Shown here piece by piece: positions 48,756 through 57,688 of a stretch of DNA of 64,000 nt; the first letter of the stretch is position 1; each line of letters starts with the position of its first letter. Below the pieces are notes generated by a model. The model was given only the letters and a program-made list of their open reading frames with translations. It did not search any database and was not told where the DNA came from. The DNA lies in NCBI GenBank assembly GCA_963662665.2, contig CAXXJS010000040.1:128001-192000 (forward strand), given 5' to 3'. This DNA is from Candidatus Latescibacterota bacterium. Lineage in GTDB: Bacteria > Latescibacterota > UBA2968 > GCA-2709665. The translations under genes were made by a program, and so were the position numbers.

Positions 48756-50036
48756 TCAACTTGCCGAACTTCCTGTTCCGTCCCGTGCTTCCTTCAACAG
48801 CGCAATCGCTCCCTCGCGGATTTGTGCCTCGGATTCCATCTCCAGGGGCGCGAACAACACCTCGCCGTCGCCTTCCGCGCGTGCGTGCGCCGTTGGCAGA
48901 TACCCGACCTCGGGGCAAGGGTTGCACAACAGCAGAACCCGGTTGAACGCGGCGGCTTCTCGAATGGCAAACGCGGTCTCCACAAACGGCTCGCCGGGAA
49001 TATGGATCAACGCGCTGTTGCCGAATACGACAGCACAATAGTCGAACGAACAGGAGGTCTCTTCCCGGTACGTCTGCGCCAGCCAGTATTCGTAACGCGC
49101 GAGCCCCTCCGCCTCGGGGGGGTTCGCATGCCACTCCTCCCGGGCCGTATCCACTGCCGCCACGGGCTGCCTTTCGATCCGCTCGGTTCGTTTGAAAATC
49201 CCCAATTCCACGTCCGCCCGCGGCGCAAGCCCGTCATAAACGTCCATTACCGTTCTCGCGAGCGATCTGCCGATGCGACCGCAGGGATCGTCCGTTTCGC
49301 GCACAGGATGCACATTGCCCAGCGCGCCCTGGATGAAAAGACTGTCGATTCCCTTTTCGGCAAGTTCCCCGCATACCACACCGGGGTAGTCCGCCGAAAC
49401 GTTCCCGCGCAAATCCCACAAGGCGAGTGCATGACACCCGAAATTCGCCAGCACGATCGGCCGCCTGCCGTCGCGGTCGAAGCGCACGACGCCCACCTGG
49501 GGATCCACAGCGTCATAGACAAGATCGTCTGGCGGCCTTGGAAATTCGGTCAGGGAGACCATCCGCAGATTGCCGTGTTCATCGTGGGCCCTTCGGTTGT
49601 ATTGCAGCCCGTTTTCCGCCGAACCCGCGCCAACCGCCACGTGAGCCGGAGAGACATCGTGCCTGGCCATGCGTACGGCCTCTGCGGCCGCACGCGCGTA
49701 GTGCGCCTCGTTCCCGAACTCCTTTAGCGCCTCCGTGGGCTGATTCACGTAGAACTGGAACAGTGTGGGCCCCGTGCCCATATGGCTTGCGCCCGGGAGG
49801 ATCCAGGCAGGGTCCACGTCTGTCTCCGCCAGGTCCGCAGACATCTTGTCGAAACAGATATCGTCGAACAGAAACATATCCGCCGCCAGAAACGTGACCT
49901 GCCGGTCGCCCTGGCGCACGTGCAGCGCCCGAAAGAAGAGGGGATCGTAGATTTCGAATGACTCGTGCGGCGCGGGTGTTATATCCACCCGGCCGAAACC
50001 GGCCAGAATCTGCCGGCTTGCGTTCGATTCTCCCAT
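48756..50036 (-). CDS. Neutral/alkaline ceramidase-like amidohydrolase
   Basis: AGFGRVDITP, DPLF.RAL, ASHMGTGP, NRR, NFGCH, SADYPG and PGEPF motifs. Confidence 0.7.
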   Translation of the reverse strand: MGESNASRQILAGFGRVDITPAPHESFEIYDPLFFRALHVRQGDRQVTFLAADMFLFDDICFDKMSADLAETDVDPAWILPGASHMGTGPTLFQFYVNQPTEALKEFGNEAHYARAAAEAVRMARHDVSPAHVAVGAGSAENGLQYNRRAHDEHGNLRMVSLTEFPRPPDDLVYDAVDPQVGVVRFDRDGRRPIVLANFGCHALALWDLRGNVSADYPGVVCGELAEKGIDSLFIQGALGNVHPVRETDDPCGRIGRSLARTVMDVYDGLAPRADVELGIFKRTERIERQPVAAVDTAREEWHANPPEAEGLARYEYWLAQTYREETSCSFDYCAVVFGNSALIHIPGEPFVETAFAIREAAAFNRVLLLCNPCPEVGYLPTAHARAEGDGEVLFAPLEMESEAQIREGAIALLKEARDGTGSSAS

Positions 50037-50279
50037 GAAAGGCGTCCCTGGGGTTAATACGGCGCGCTTCGTGTCGCCCTGTCCGGAGCCGGGACTCCAT
50101 ATTCCAAATCTGCGGCGGGCCCACTGTAGACGCCCCATCATAATACTGCCATCCGTGACTGTCAAGTCGTGATCGGCAGGGTTGAGCGGCCGGGCCTGCT
50201 GCCTGGTATTAAGTGCTTGACATATGCGCCTGGCGGCGGCTATTTATCTGAAAAACACAAGCGAGGAACGGCGGGATCC

Positions 50280-50416
50280 AGTGTTCTGTCCCGGAAACAA
50301 GTTGCCTGAATTCAACCGCCGAGTCGCCCGGCTCGCAAGGCGCCACCGACCTGCGTAAGGTCGGCGAGCGAGGGGAACGCAGCGAGACGGGATGAAACGG
50401 CGGTTGAATGGTGAGG
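50280..50416 (+). repeat. Structured repeat / MITE-like element, copy A
   Basis: Homologous to the reverse complement of 62317-62482. Nested stems ATTCAACCGCCG/CGGCGGTTGAAT and CCGACCT/AGGTCGG. Confidence 0.75.
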
Positions 50417-50486
50417 AATTCTTGACGACCGTTACGCCCCGTTTCAGGGGGTTTGGTCTCGTTGCCGTGTTGCTGTTTTTTTTGGA

Positions 50487-53400
50487 TTGGGGCTTATGAT
50501 TGAATATTTAACCGCAGTTACCCCGGCGGCGTGGCCGGCGACGGGCATATTCCTCTTATTGCTCGTCGGCATGCCGCGACGGGGCAATGCGTCGGGTGCG
50601 CGCGTCTACTATACCGATAACCGGCTGGACGTGGTCCGGCGCAATCTGGAGCACTATGAGTGGGCACGGGAGCATCGCTCTGCCATCATGAACAAAGCGG
50701 AGCATTGGGCTGGCTACAACGACGGGAAGCTGCGCACGCTCGTTTCGCCGCCCAGGGTACCGCGGGGATATCAGGTACATAACGACGGGTGTCCCGTACA
50801 CGGCGTGAAGGTCCACGAACAGGGACTTTACAGGTGGATTATAGATTTCGACAGTCCCTACAAGATAACGTGTCCAGTGGGCGGAGAGTCGTATCCATCG
50901 AACGATTTCGAGGCTTTTCTGGCCACCGGCATGGAAGACAGGTCCTTGCTGACCGGCCCGTACGCCGACGACGGCTGGGGATGGCATCGTCCTGGAGACC
51001 CGGTGCCGGCCAACTACTGGTTTGTGGCCTACTACGCCCACTGGAGTATGATGCGGTTTCTGATGGAGGCAATCGAAGTCCTGGGACAGGCGACCGTGCT
51101 TGCTGACGATGACGACAATGCGAGAGAGTACGCCCACAAATGTGCGCTTCTGCTATGGCAACTTGCGGAGCATTATCCGGACTACAAGTACGAACGACAG
51201 TCGCGGGAATCGAAGGAGCACAATCCCGAATACACCGGCAAGTTATTCAATATGATCTGGGCAACGCGCCCCCCTCATACGTGCGCGATCGCGTACGATG
51301 CGGTGCGCCCCTTTCTGAACGCCGACGTGGAACTCCAGGGCATCTCTGGCAATACAGGCGCGGAGATTGACTCGAAGATCCGCGAGCGGCTGCTCCTCGA
51401 GGCCGCCAGGTGCATTTTGGACGCGCCAGGCGGGCGAATCAGGGGTAACTACGGGATGCATCAGAAGGCGCTGCTGACGCTGGCGCAGGTACTGGCGACC
51501 TCCGAGGGTCGCCCGCGCAGCGAAGAAATGGTTCAGTACGTTCTGGCCAACCCGAACCCCACCCGCGATACCGATATGGGTTTGCGGGATGCGCTTGAAA
51601 ACCTGGTGTACCGCGACGGAATGCCGCATGAGTCGCTCTCATACAATCGAATCTGGGTGCACGACTTAACGGAACTGGCCGCCCTGATGGTGGATACGGG
51701 CGTGAATCTGTTTGAGCACCCGCGGTACGGGAAACTGGTCACATGGGCGTTTGACGTCTGCATTGCGGGGAAGTTCACCCCCTCCACCGGAGATTCCGGC
51801 GATATGTTCGCGCACGGAGGCGCCTGGGAGCCTGCCGTATGCCAGCTCGCGCTTCCGCATGTCAGCGATGCCCGCCTCGCGTGGGTGCTGAAGACGCAGC
51901 CGGGGGTCCGACAGGACCTCTTCAGCAGCCCGGTAGAGGAGCGGCTTTCGGAACTGCCTGAAGGCGAAGCGCCCGAGATCGGTCTGCGGTCGTTCCATTT
52001 TCCGGCGTATGGAATGGCCAACCTGCAGTGCGGCGATGAAACGAACCGGTCGGCCGTTTCGTTCTTTTATGGTGACCACCAGGCCCACCGGCATTTCGAC
52101 CAGTTGAACATCCTGTTCTTTTCGTACGAAAACGCGCTGCTGACCGATATCGGGTACCCGGAACAGACGGACGCCTTCAACCACAGGCTCGCGGGTTTTT
52201 TCACCAATACGGTCGCGCACAATACAGTTGTCGTTGATGAAGTCAGGCAGGGACGCGGACCCGGGCGGCTGCACGGGCTGGTTGGAGAGGGTTTCGCCCA
52301 GGTTGTGGATGCGTCCTGCGATGGCGCCTATGAGGGGAAGGTCGAGCTCTACCGGCGGGCCAATATGCTTGTTGAGTCGTCTCCGGGATGCCACTACCTT
52401 TTCGACGTATTCTACGTGAACGGTGGCAGGCAGCACGACTACGTGCTTCACGGAAATCAGGCGGAATTCGCCTGCCGGCCGGCGCTGGGACCCGTTCGGG
52501 AGACAGGGACGCTGGCGGGTGAGGACGTTCCATACGAGCAGTTCTACGACGATCCCGAATTGAAGGACAAGCGATTGTCCAGTGTGCCCTACAGAGGATA
52601 CCGGGGCAGCGGCTACCAGTTTCTTTACAACGTGCAGACCGGGAATCTGAACGCTGAGGGGATTGCCGACTGGCGGCTTACGGAACCCCTGGAGGGTCAG
52701 CCGGAACGTCCGTGGCAGGGCATTGGACTTCGAGCGCATTTAATGGGAAAGAACGAGGAACTCTTCGCGTGCGAAGGACCGGTGCAGAAATACGAATACC
52801 TGCCCGAAAGCGTGAAGTTCCTCGTACGCCGGCGAACCGGCCCCAATCTGTCCAGCCTGTTCGCCACGGTGTTCGAACCCTATAAGGACAAGACATGGAT
52901 CCGAAGTGCGACGCGGATCGAACTGACGCCGGACGGGTTAGGGGCGGCCGCGGTCCGGTTGGACCTGGAAGACGGCAGCGTGCATTATCTGTTCCACGCC
53001 CTGGACGCGAACCGGGCATATTCAATGGAGAACGGAATCAGTGTATCAGGACAGATGGCGTTTCTGGCCATAAACGAACGGGGACGTCCCGCCCGGGCGA
53101 TGCTGTTCAACGGGAGAATGCTGGCAATGGACGGTTTGCGGCTGGAGGGAAACGGTATGCGCCGCAGCCGGATCGCGTCCGTGGATTACCCGCGGGGGAC
53201 AATCTGGCTTACGGACGCCGTGATCGAGGATACACTCCGGCCCGGACAGGCAATTCCGGTGGTTTCGGATGGATTCTCGGACAGCCTGACACTGTCTGAA
53301 GTGATTGACCGGCGGAGATTTTCTATCGGGGACGAAGATGTGAACGTGGCCGGCGGACCGGTGTTGGATACAAGAGCAGACCGCCTTCTCACGAGCGCGT

Positions 53401-53645
53401 CCAATCCGCACGCGCGTGAGGGAATGACCCTGTTGAACGCCCGGGGCGAACCACAGGGACGGCTGGCCGGCAAGGTGGACGGCGGGTGGCGGATCGACCG
53501 CGAGGGCAGGGCGCCGCTGACAATGGAAGACTTTCCAGTGGCCGACGGCGACGCCGGACCCCGGTATTCTGTCGCGATGGTCGGCGCAGGCGATTGGCTG
53601 GAGATTCCGGACCTGGTGCTATATTCAGACGGCGACGGTTCTTGA
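50487..53645 (+). CDS. Large heparinase II/III-like (polysaccharide lyase) protein
   Basis: H.HFDQLNI, DIGYP and TVAHNTVVVD motifs; alpha/alpha then beta-rich architecture. Start uncertain. Confidence 0.75.
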   Translation: MGLMIEYLTAVTPAAWPATGIFLLLLVGMPRRGNASGARVYYTDNRLDVVRRNLEHYEWAREHRSAIMNKAEHWAGYNDGKLRTLVSPPRVPRGYQVHNDGCPVHGVKVHEQGLYRWIIDFDSPYKITCPVGGESYPSNDFEAFLATGMEDRSLLTGPYADDGWGWHRPGDPVPANYWFVAYYAHWSMMRFLMEAIEVLGQATVLADDDDNAREYAHKCALLLWQLAEHYPDYKYERQSRESKEHNPEYTGKLFNMIWATRPPHTCAIAYDAVRPFLNADVELQGISGNTGAEIDSKIRERLLLEAARCILDAPGGRIRGNYGMHQKALLTLAQVLATSEGRPRSEEMVQYVLANPNPTRDTDMGLRDALENLVYRDGMPHESLSYNRIWVHDLTELAALMVDTGVNLFEHPRYGKLVTWAFDVCIAGKFTPSTGDSGDMFAHGGAWEPAVCQLALPHVSDARLAWVLKTQPGVRQDLFSSPVEERLSELPEGEAPEIGLRSFHFPAYGMANLQCGDETNRSAVSFFYGDHQAHRHFDQLNILFFSYENALLTDIGYPEQTDAFNHRLAGFFTNTVAHNTVVVDEVRQGRGPGRLHGLVGEGFAQVVDASCDGAYEGKVELYRRANMLVESSPGCHYLFDVFYVNGGRQHDYVLHGNQAEFACRPALGPVRETGTLAGEDVPYEQFYDDPELKDKRLSSVPYRGYRGSGYQFLYNVQTGNLNAEGIADWRLTEPLEGQPERPWQGIGLRAHLMGKNEELFACEGPVQKYEYLPESVKFLVRRRTGPNLSSLFATVFEPYKDKTWIRSATRIELTPDGLGAAAVRLDLEDGSVHYLFHALDANRAYSMENGISVSGQMAFLAINERGRPARAMLFNGRMLAMDGLRLEGNGMRRSRIASVDYPRGTIWLTDAVIEDTLRPGQAIPVVSDGFSDSLTLSEVIDRRRFSIGDEDVNVAGGPVLDTRADRLLTSASNPHAREGMTLLNARGEPQGRLAGKVDGGWRIDREGRAPLTMEDFPVADGDAGPRYSVAMVGAGDWLEIPDLVLYSDGDGS

Positions 53646-54649
53646 TGGCAGGCCGGCAGAGGACGACCACCGCGCTCAACGAGGTCCGCCGGAAGGGCGT
53701 TGCATGGTTGATGAGACACCTGAATGCAGACGGCTCTGTAGGAGATCCGGCCGAAGGTTTCCACGTTTACAGGGCACCGTGGACGTTTTCGATTGTTGGC
53801 GAATCCGGTGCGGCCGCCGGGGTCTGCGACTGGATCCGGCGGGAGATGTTGACCGGGGAGGGGAGAATCGAAGGGCCGTATCGCGTATTCAACGACGCGT
53901 ACGCCTATCGGAATGCCACACTGATTGTGGGTGCGCATCTCGCTCGGCAGTATGATCTGAGCTATGGGTTGATGCCTGATTTACTTTCCTGGCAGGACAG
54001 CGCTTCAGGCGGTTTTCGCAACGACCGCAGGTTGGACGGCGGCATGAGCGACCGCATGGATATTCCTTACGCGTGCGGTCCCGGATTGGCGTGCCTGGCG
54101 ACCGGTCGCCTGGATATCGCGCGATCGGTTTACCGGTTCCTGCGGCGGATTTACTGTGCGCAGACGGATTTGCCCGAACGGTTCCACTATGCCTGGGCGT
54201 GCGGAAAAGGTGGTGTGATTACCGATTTTCCGGATGCCGATGGCTTCTGGCACGTGGTGGAGAACCGGGTGGACCGGCCGCAGCGCTGGACCATTGGCGG
54301 CATCGCGGCCGGGTTCCTTTGCCGGCTTTACCTCGCGGACCCGCGCCCTGAATACCTGGCGCTTGCGCGGCGTTATCAGGCCTTCTCGATGGCGGCCACG
54401 GACGCGCAGTTCAAGTATGCCCAGGTCTGCAAGAGCAGTTGGGGAAGTTCTCTCCTGTATCAGCTTACCGGCGAACGTGCGTACCTGGACTGGACCTGCC
54501 GCATGGGCGATTGGTACACACAGACCCAGAATCCGCAAGGGTGCTGGTTCTGGCCGGGATACGATACATTGGGCTCGCGTATCGAACTGACGCTGGAATT
54601 CGTCATGCACGTGGACACGCTGATCGGCGGCCTGGCGTCCCGGACGTAA
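53645..54649 (+). CDS. Hypothetical protein, probable (alpha/alpha) toroid fold
   Basis: TGATG overlap with the upstream gene. WL...NADGS, WQD..SGGF and QNPQGCW repeats. Confidence 0.7.
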   Translation: MAGRQRTTTALNEVRRKGVAWLMRHLNADGSVGDPAEGFHVYRAPWTFSIVGESGAAAGVCDWIRREMLTGEGRIEGPYRVFNDAYAYRNATLIVGAHLARQYDLSYGLMPDLLSWQDSASGGFRNDRRLDGGMSDRMDIPYACGPGLACLATGRLDIARSVYRFLRRIYCAQTDLPERFHYAWACGKGGVITDFPDADGFWHVVENRVDRPQRWTIGGIAAGFLCRLYLADPRPEYLALARRYQAFSMAATDAQFKYAQVCKSSWGSSLLYQLTGERAYLDWTCRMGDWYTQTQNPQGCWFWPGYDTLGSRIELTLEFVMHVDTLIGGLASRT

Positions 54650-54661
54650 GAAGGAGGCGAA

Positions 54662-55675
54662 TTGCGCGTGCTTGTGACCGGAGCAACGGGCCGGATCGGA
54701 CGGCGCCTGGTACGTGCGCTGGCCGAGGCAGGGCATACCGTCCGGGCGCTTGTTTTGCCTCGGGACCAACGGGCGGCGGGTCTGGCGCCGGACGTTGAAG
54801 TCGTTTTCGGACGGCTCGAAGAACCTGCCTCGCTCGAACCCGCGGTTGACGGCGCGGAGGCCGTTTTTCACCTCGCGGGCGCTCTGACGTCACGAGGCTG
54901 CAGTGAGGAAGAATTCGTCCGGGTGAACGTCCAGGGCACGTTCAATCTGTTGAAGACCGTGCGCGACCGGACGGCATCGCTCCTGCACTTTGTCTACGCC
55001 AGCAGCGATGCCGTCTATTTCGAGAGATCGGATGCGGACGCCAGGTACCTGCCCGTGGACGAAGACTATCCCCTGCTGGCGGGATCGGTTTACGGCGCCA
55101 GCAAGATTGGCGCGGAGGAACTCTGCCTGAGTTTCCACCGCGGCTTCGGGGTTCCCGCGACGGTCCTGCGATTTGGCGCAACGGCAGATGCCATGGAGCT
55201 TGTCAATCCGGAGAGCGTGTTCGCTCGCTGGCTGTTTCTGCGCGCTGCGATTGATCACACCAGGGTAATGACGACGGCGAACGGCGCGCAATCGAAGACG
55301 CGAGCGGCTCTGGAATCGTTGCAATCCGGTGGAGAACAGCTTGTCGTCTACGCCGATTGCGACGGCAACCCCGAGGTCCGGCAGTGGGCGGACGCGCGCG
55401 ATATCGCCGCGGGATGCATCCGCGTCCTGGGGACGGCGGCGGCGGTGGGACAGACTTTCAATCTGGGGGGGTGCGAACCGCATTGTGCGGAGGAGTTCAT
55501 TGTGTTTCTGGCAGAACGCCTGGAATTGCCGCATGTAAAGGCCTGCATTCGCACCGCGCGACGGCCCTGGTATATCACCAGCGACAGGGCGGCACGCGTG
55601 CTGGGCTATGAAGCCCGGTACACAGTGTACGATATGGTGGAGGACGCAATTCGGATGCGGGAGACGCCGGCATGA
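54662..55675 (+). CDS. NAD-dependent epimerase/dehydratase
   Basis: TGATGRIG and YGASK motifs; RBS AGGAGG. Confidence 0.88.
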   Translation: MRVLVTGATGRIGRRLVRALAEAGHTVRALVLPRDQRAAGLAPDVEVVFGRLEEPASLEPAVDGAEAVFHLAGALTSRGCSEEEFVRVNVQGTFNLLKTVRDRTASLLHFVYASSDAVYFERSDADARYLPVDEDYPLLAGSVYGASKIGAEELCLSFHRGFGVPATVLRFGATADAMELVNPESVFARWLFLRAAIDHTRVMTTANGAQSKTRAALESLQSGGEQLVVYADCDGNPEVRQWADARDIAAGCIRVLGTAAAVGQTFNLGGCEPHCAEEFIVFLAERLELPHVKACIRTARRPWYITSDRAARVLGYEARYTVYDMVEDAIRMRETPA

Positions 55676-56439
55676 ACCTTGCGTGCTGTGTATGGGCCAT
55701 AGGGGGCTCCGAAAACGCGATCCCGGCGCGTGCGGCCGCATTGGGGTTCGAGTGGATCGACGTAAGGCCGTTCGCTTTTTCTTCGGACACAGCGCGGCGG
55801 AAACTCCGGGAGCGCGGGCTTTCGGTTTCCTGTGTCGCGGCATCGTTCGGAATGCCGGAAGACGCAAGACTGAGCAGTCCCGACCGGGACTCCCGAACGG
55901 GAGCCGCGTCCTATCTCGATAGGACGCTGGCCTATGGCGCCGCTCTGGGCGCGTCCGCCGCCTACGTCGTTCCGGATGAAGACCCGTCGTCTCTGGACAG
56001 ATATGCGGAGGAATTGAAGAAGCTGGCGGAACGGGGAGACGAAATGGGAGTGCGAGTATGCGTGGAACATTTCCCGGGTTCCGCGCTGCCCACGGCATTT
56101 GGGACGATCGCGTTCCTGCGGGAAGTCGGGCATCCCAACCTGTTCCTGCTGCTTGATATCGGCCACGCGCAGATGTCCGGGGAAGATCCGGCAGCGGTGA
56201 TTTCGGACGCGGGGCCCCTGCTCGGTTACGTCCATCTGGACGACAACGACGGATCGCGCGACTTGCATCTGGGTTTGACTGACGGAATTCTGACCGAAGC
56301 GGTGCTGGTCGATTGCATTGCCGCGTTGAGGAATATCGCATACAGGGGGAATCTGAGTCTGGAACTACACCCCGGATTGCCGGATCCTCTCGACGCGCTC
56401 AGGCGAAGCCGAAAGATTGCGCTTCGCGCAATGCATTAG
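55672..56439 (+). CDS. Sugar phosphate isomerase/epimerase
   Basis: VEH, LDIGH, VHLDDNDG and LELH motifs. Confidence 0.85.
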   Translation: MNLACCVWAIGGSENAIPARAAALGFEWIDVRPFAFSSDTARRKLRERGLSVSCVAASFGMPEDARLSSPDRDSRTGAASYLDRTLAYGAALGASAAYVVPDEDPSSLDRYAEELKKLAERGDEMGVRVCVEHFPGSALPTAFGTIAFLREVGHPNLFLLLDIGHAQMSGEDPAAVISDAGPLLGYVHLDDNDGSRDLHLGLTDGILTEAVLVDCIAALRNIAYRGNLSLELHPGLPDPLDALRRSRKIALRAMH

Positions 56440-56556
56440 TGAACCACGCGACCGGCCCGGACGATTTCGGCTCCTGCCGAAATTCTGTCTTGCCAGTGGT
56501 AACTGAATCGAATAAACGAAATCATGGGCCGTCGAATCAGGCTTGAGGAGGCCGGG

Positions 56557-57666
56557 ATGCGAACCGACAGTGACAGCGTCTACCTGTATCGAGTCGATAT
56601 CAAGGGAAACGAGGCGCCATTCGAGGCATACAGGGACCTTGCCCTTGAGGCGCTGCGGCGCGTGGACCTCGCGCTGCCCGAAGAGGGAACAGTACTGCTC
56701 AAGCCGAATGCAACGGTCCTGTTTCCCGCAAAGAAACGAATTGTAACCCATCCGGGCTTTCTGGCGGGCATGGCCGACGCGCTCGTGGAGAAAGGCGTGG
56801 ACGCCGGCAGACTGGTGGTTGCGGACGGACAATCCGGCGAACAGCCTGATAATGGAAATACCTGGAAGGGCGCCGGGTACACGATGATGGCGGACAGCAG
56901 AAAACTGACGTTGACCCCGTTGAACGACCGCCCCGGCCGAAACGTCCCGGTGCCGGGCGGTGTGGTATTCGAAGCCTATCCGATTTATCGGGACGTGACG
57001 GACTGCGCGTTCTTTTTCAATGTGCCGCTGGCGAAGTGCCACAACCTGGGATGTACGACCCTGGCAATCAAGAACCTGATGGGAGTCCTGGCGCGGCCGG
57101 AGCGGCATTTGTGTCATATACAGGACGTCGACAAGCCGCACGAAAACGGGATCTGGCGTCTCACGGAGAGTGGCTTGAGTCTGTTCGAAGATCGTTTTTA
57201 CCACAAATTGTGCGACCTGGTGGCCGCCCTGCGTTCACTGAACATTCCGCGTCTTTGTATGGTGGACGGGTTGGTAGGAAGAGATGGCACCGCGTTCAAC
57301 GAGGGCGAGAATTACCCGCTGGGGTGGACCCTGATTGGCGAGAACGAGGTCCACGTCGATGCCGTTGCGACGTTTCTTATGGGGCTCGATCCCGGGACAA
57401 CGCCCTACCTGAAATTCGCCGCCTCGCGCGGACTGGGCAGCAACCGGGTGGAAGAGATCGAAGTCGTTGATCTGGCCGGCGGCGAACCGATGGATATGCA
57501 TGCGCTGGAGGCGGTGCGTTCAAGTGAGACGTTGATGCCGATCGCCCGTTTCGAAGGCGGCTATTACGATCGGTACCGGGCCGACGGTTCTGTTGTGCCC
57601 TGGCGGATTGACGATGTAAACAGGCAGCGAGGTGCAGACGGCCTGGATGCTATTGCGGTGTCGTGA
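56557..57666 (+). CDS. DUF362 domain protein
   Basis: VLLKPN, THP, NVPLAKCH, TLAIKNLMG and VDG motifs. Confidence 0.85.
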   Translation: MRTDSDSVYLYRVDIKGNEAPFEAYRDLALEALRRVDLALPEEGTVLLKPNATVLFPAKKRIVTHPGFLAGMADALVEKGVDAGRLVVADGQSGEQPDNGNTWKGAGYTMMADSRKLTLTPLNDRPGRNVPVPGGVVFEAYPIYRDVTDCAFFFNVPLAKCHNLGCTTLAIKNLMGVLARPERHLCHIQDVDKPHENGIWRLTESGLSLFEDRFYHKLCDLVAALRSLNIPRLCMVDGLVGRDGTAFNEGENYPLGWTLIGENEVHVDAVATFLMGLDPGTTPYLKFAASRGLGSNRVEEIEVVDLAGGEPMDMHALEAVRSSETLMPIARFEGGYYDRYRADGSVVPWRIDDVNRQRGADGLDAIAVS

Positions 57667-57688
57667 TCCGGCTCACCTGTTGATTTGA

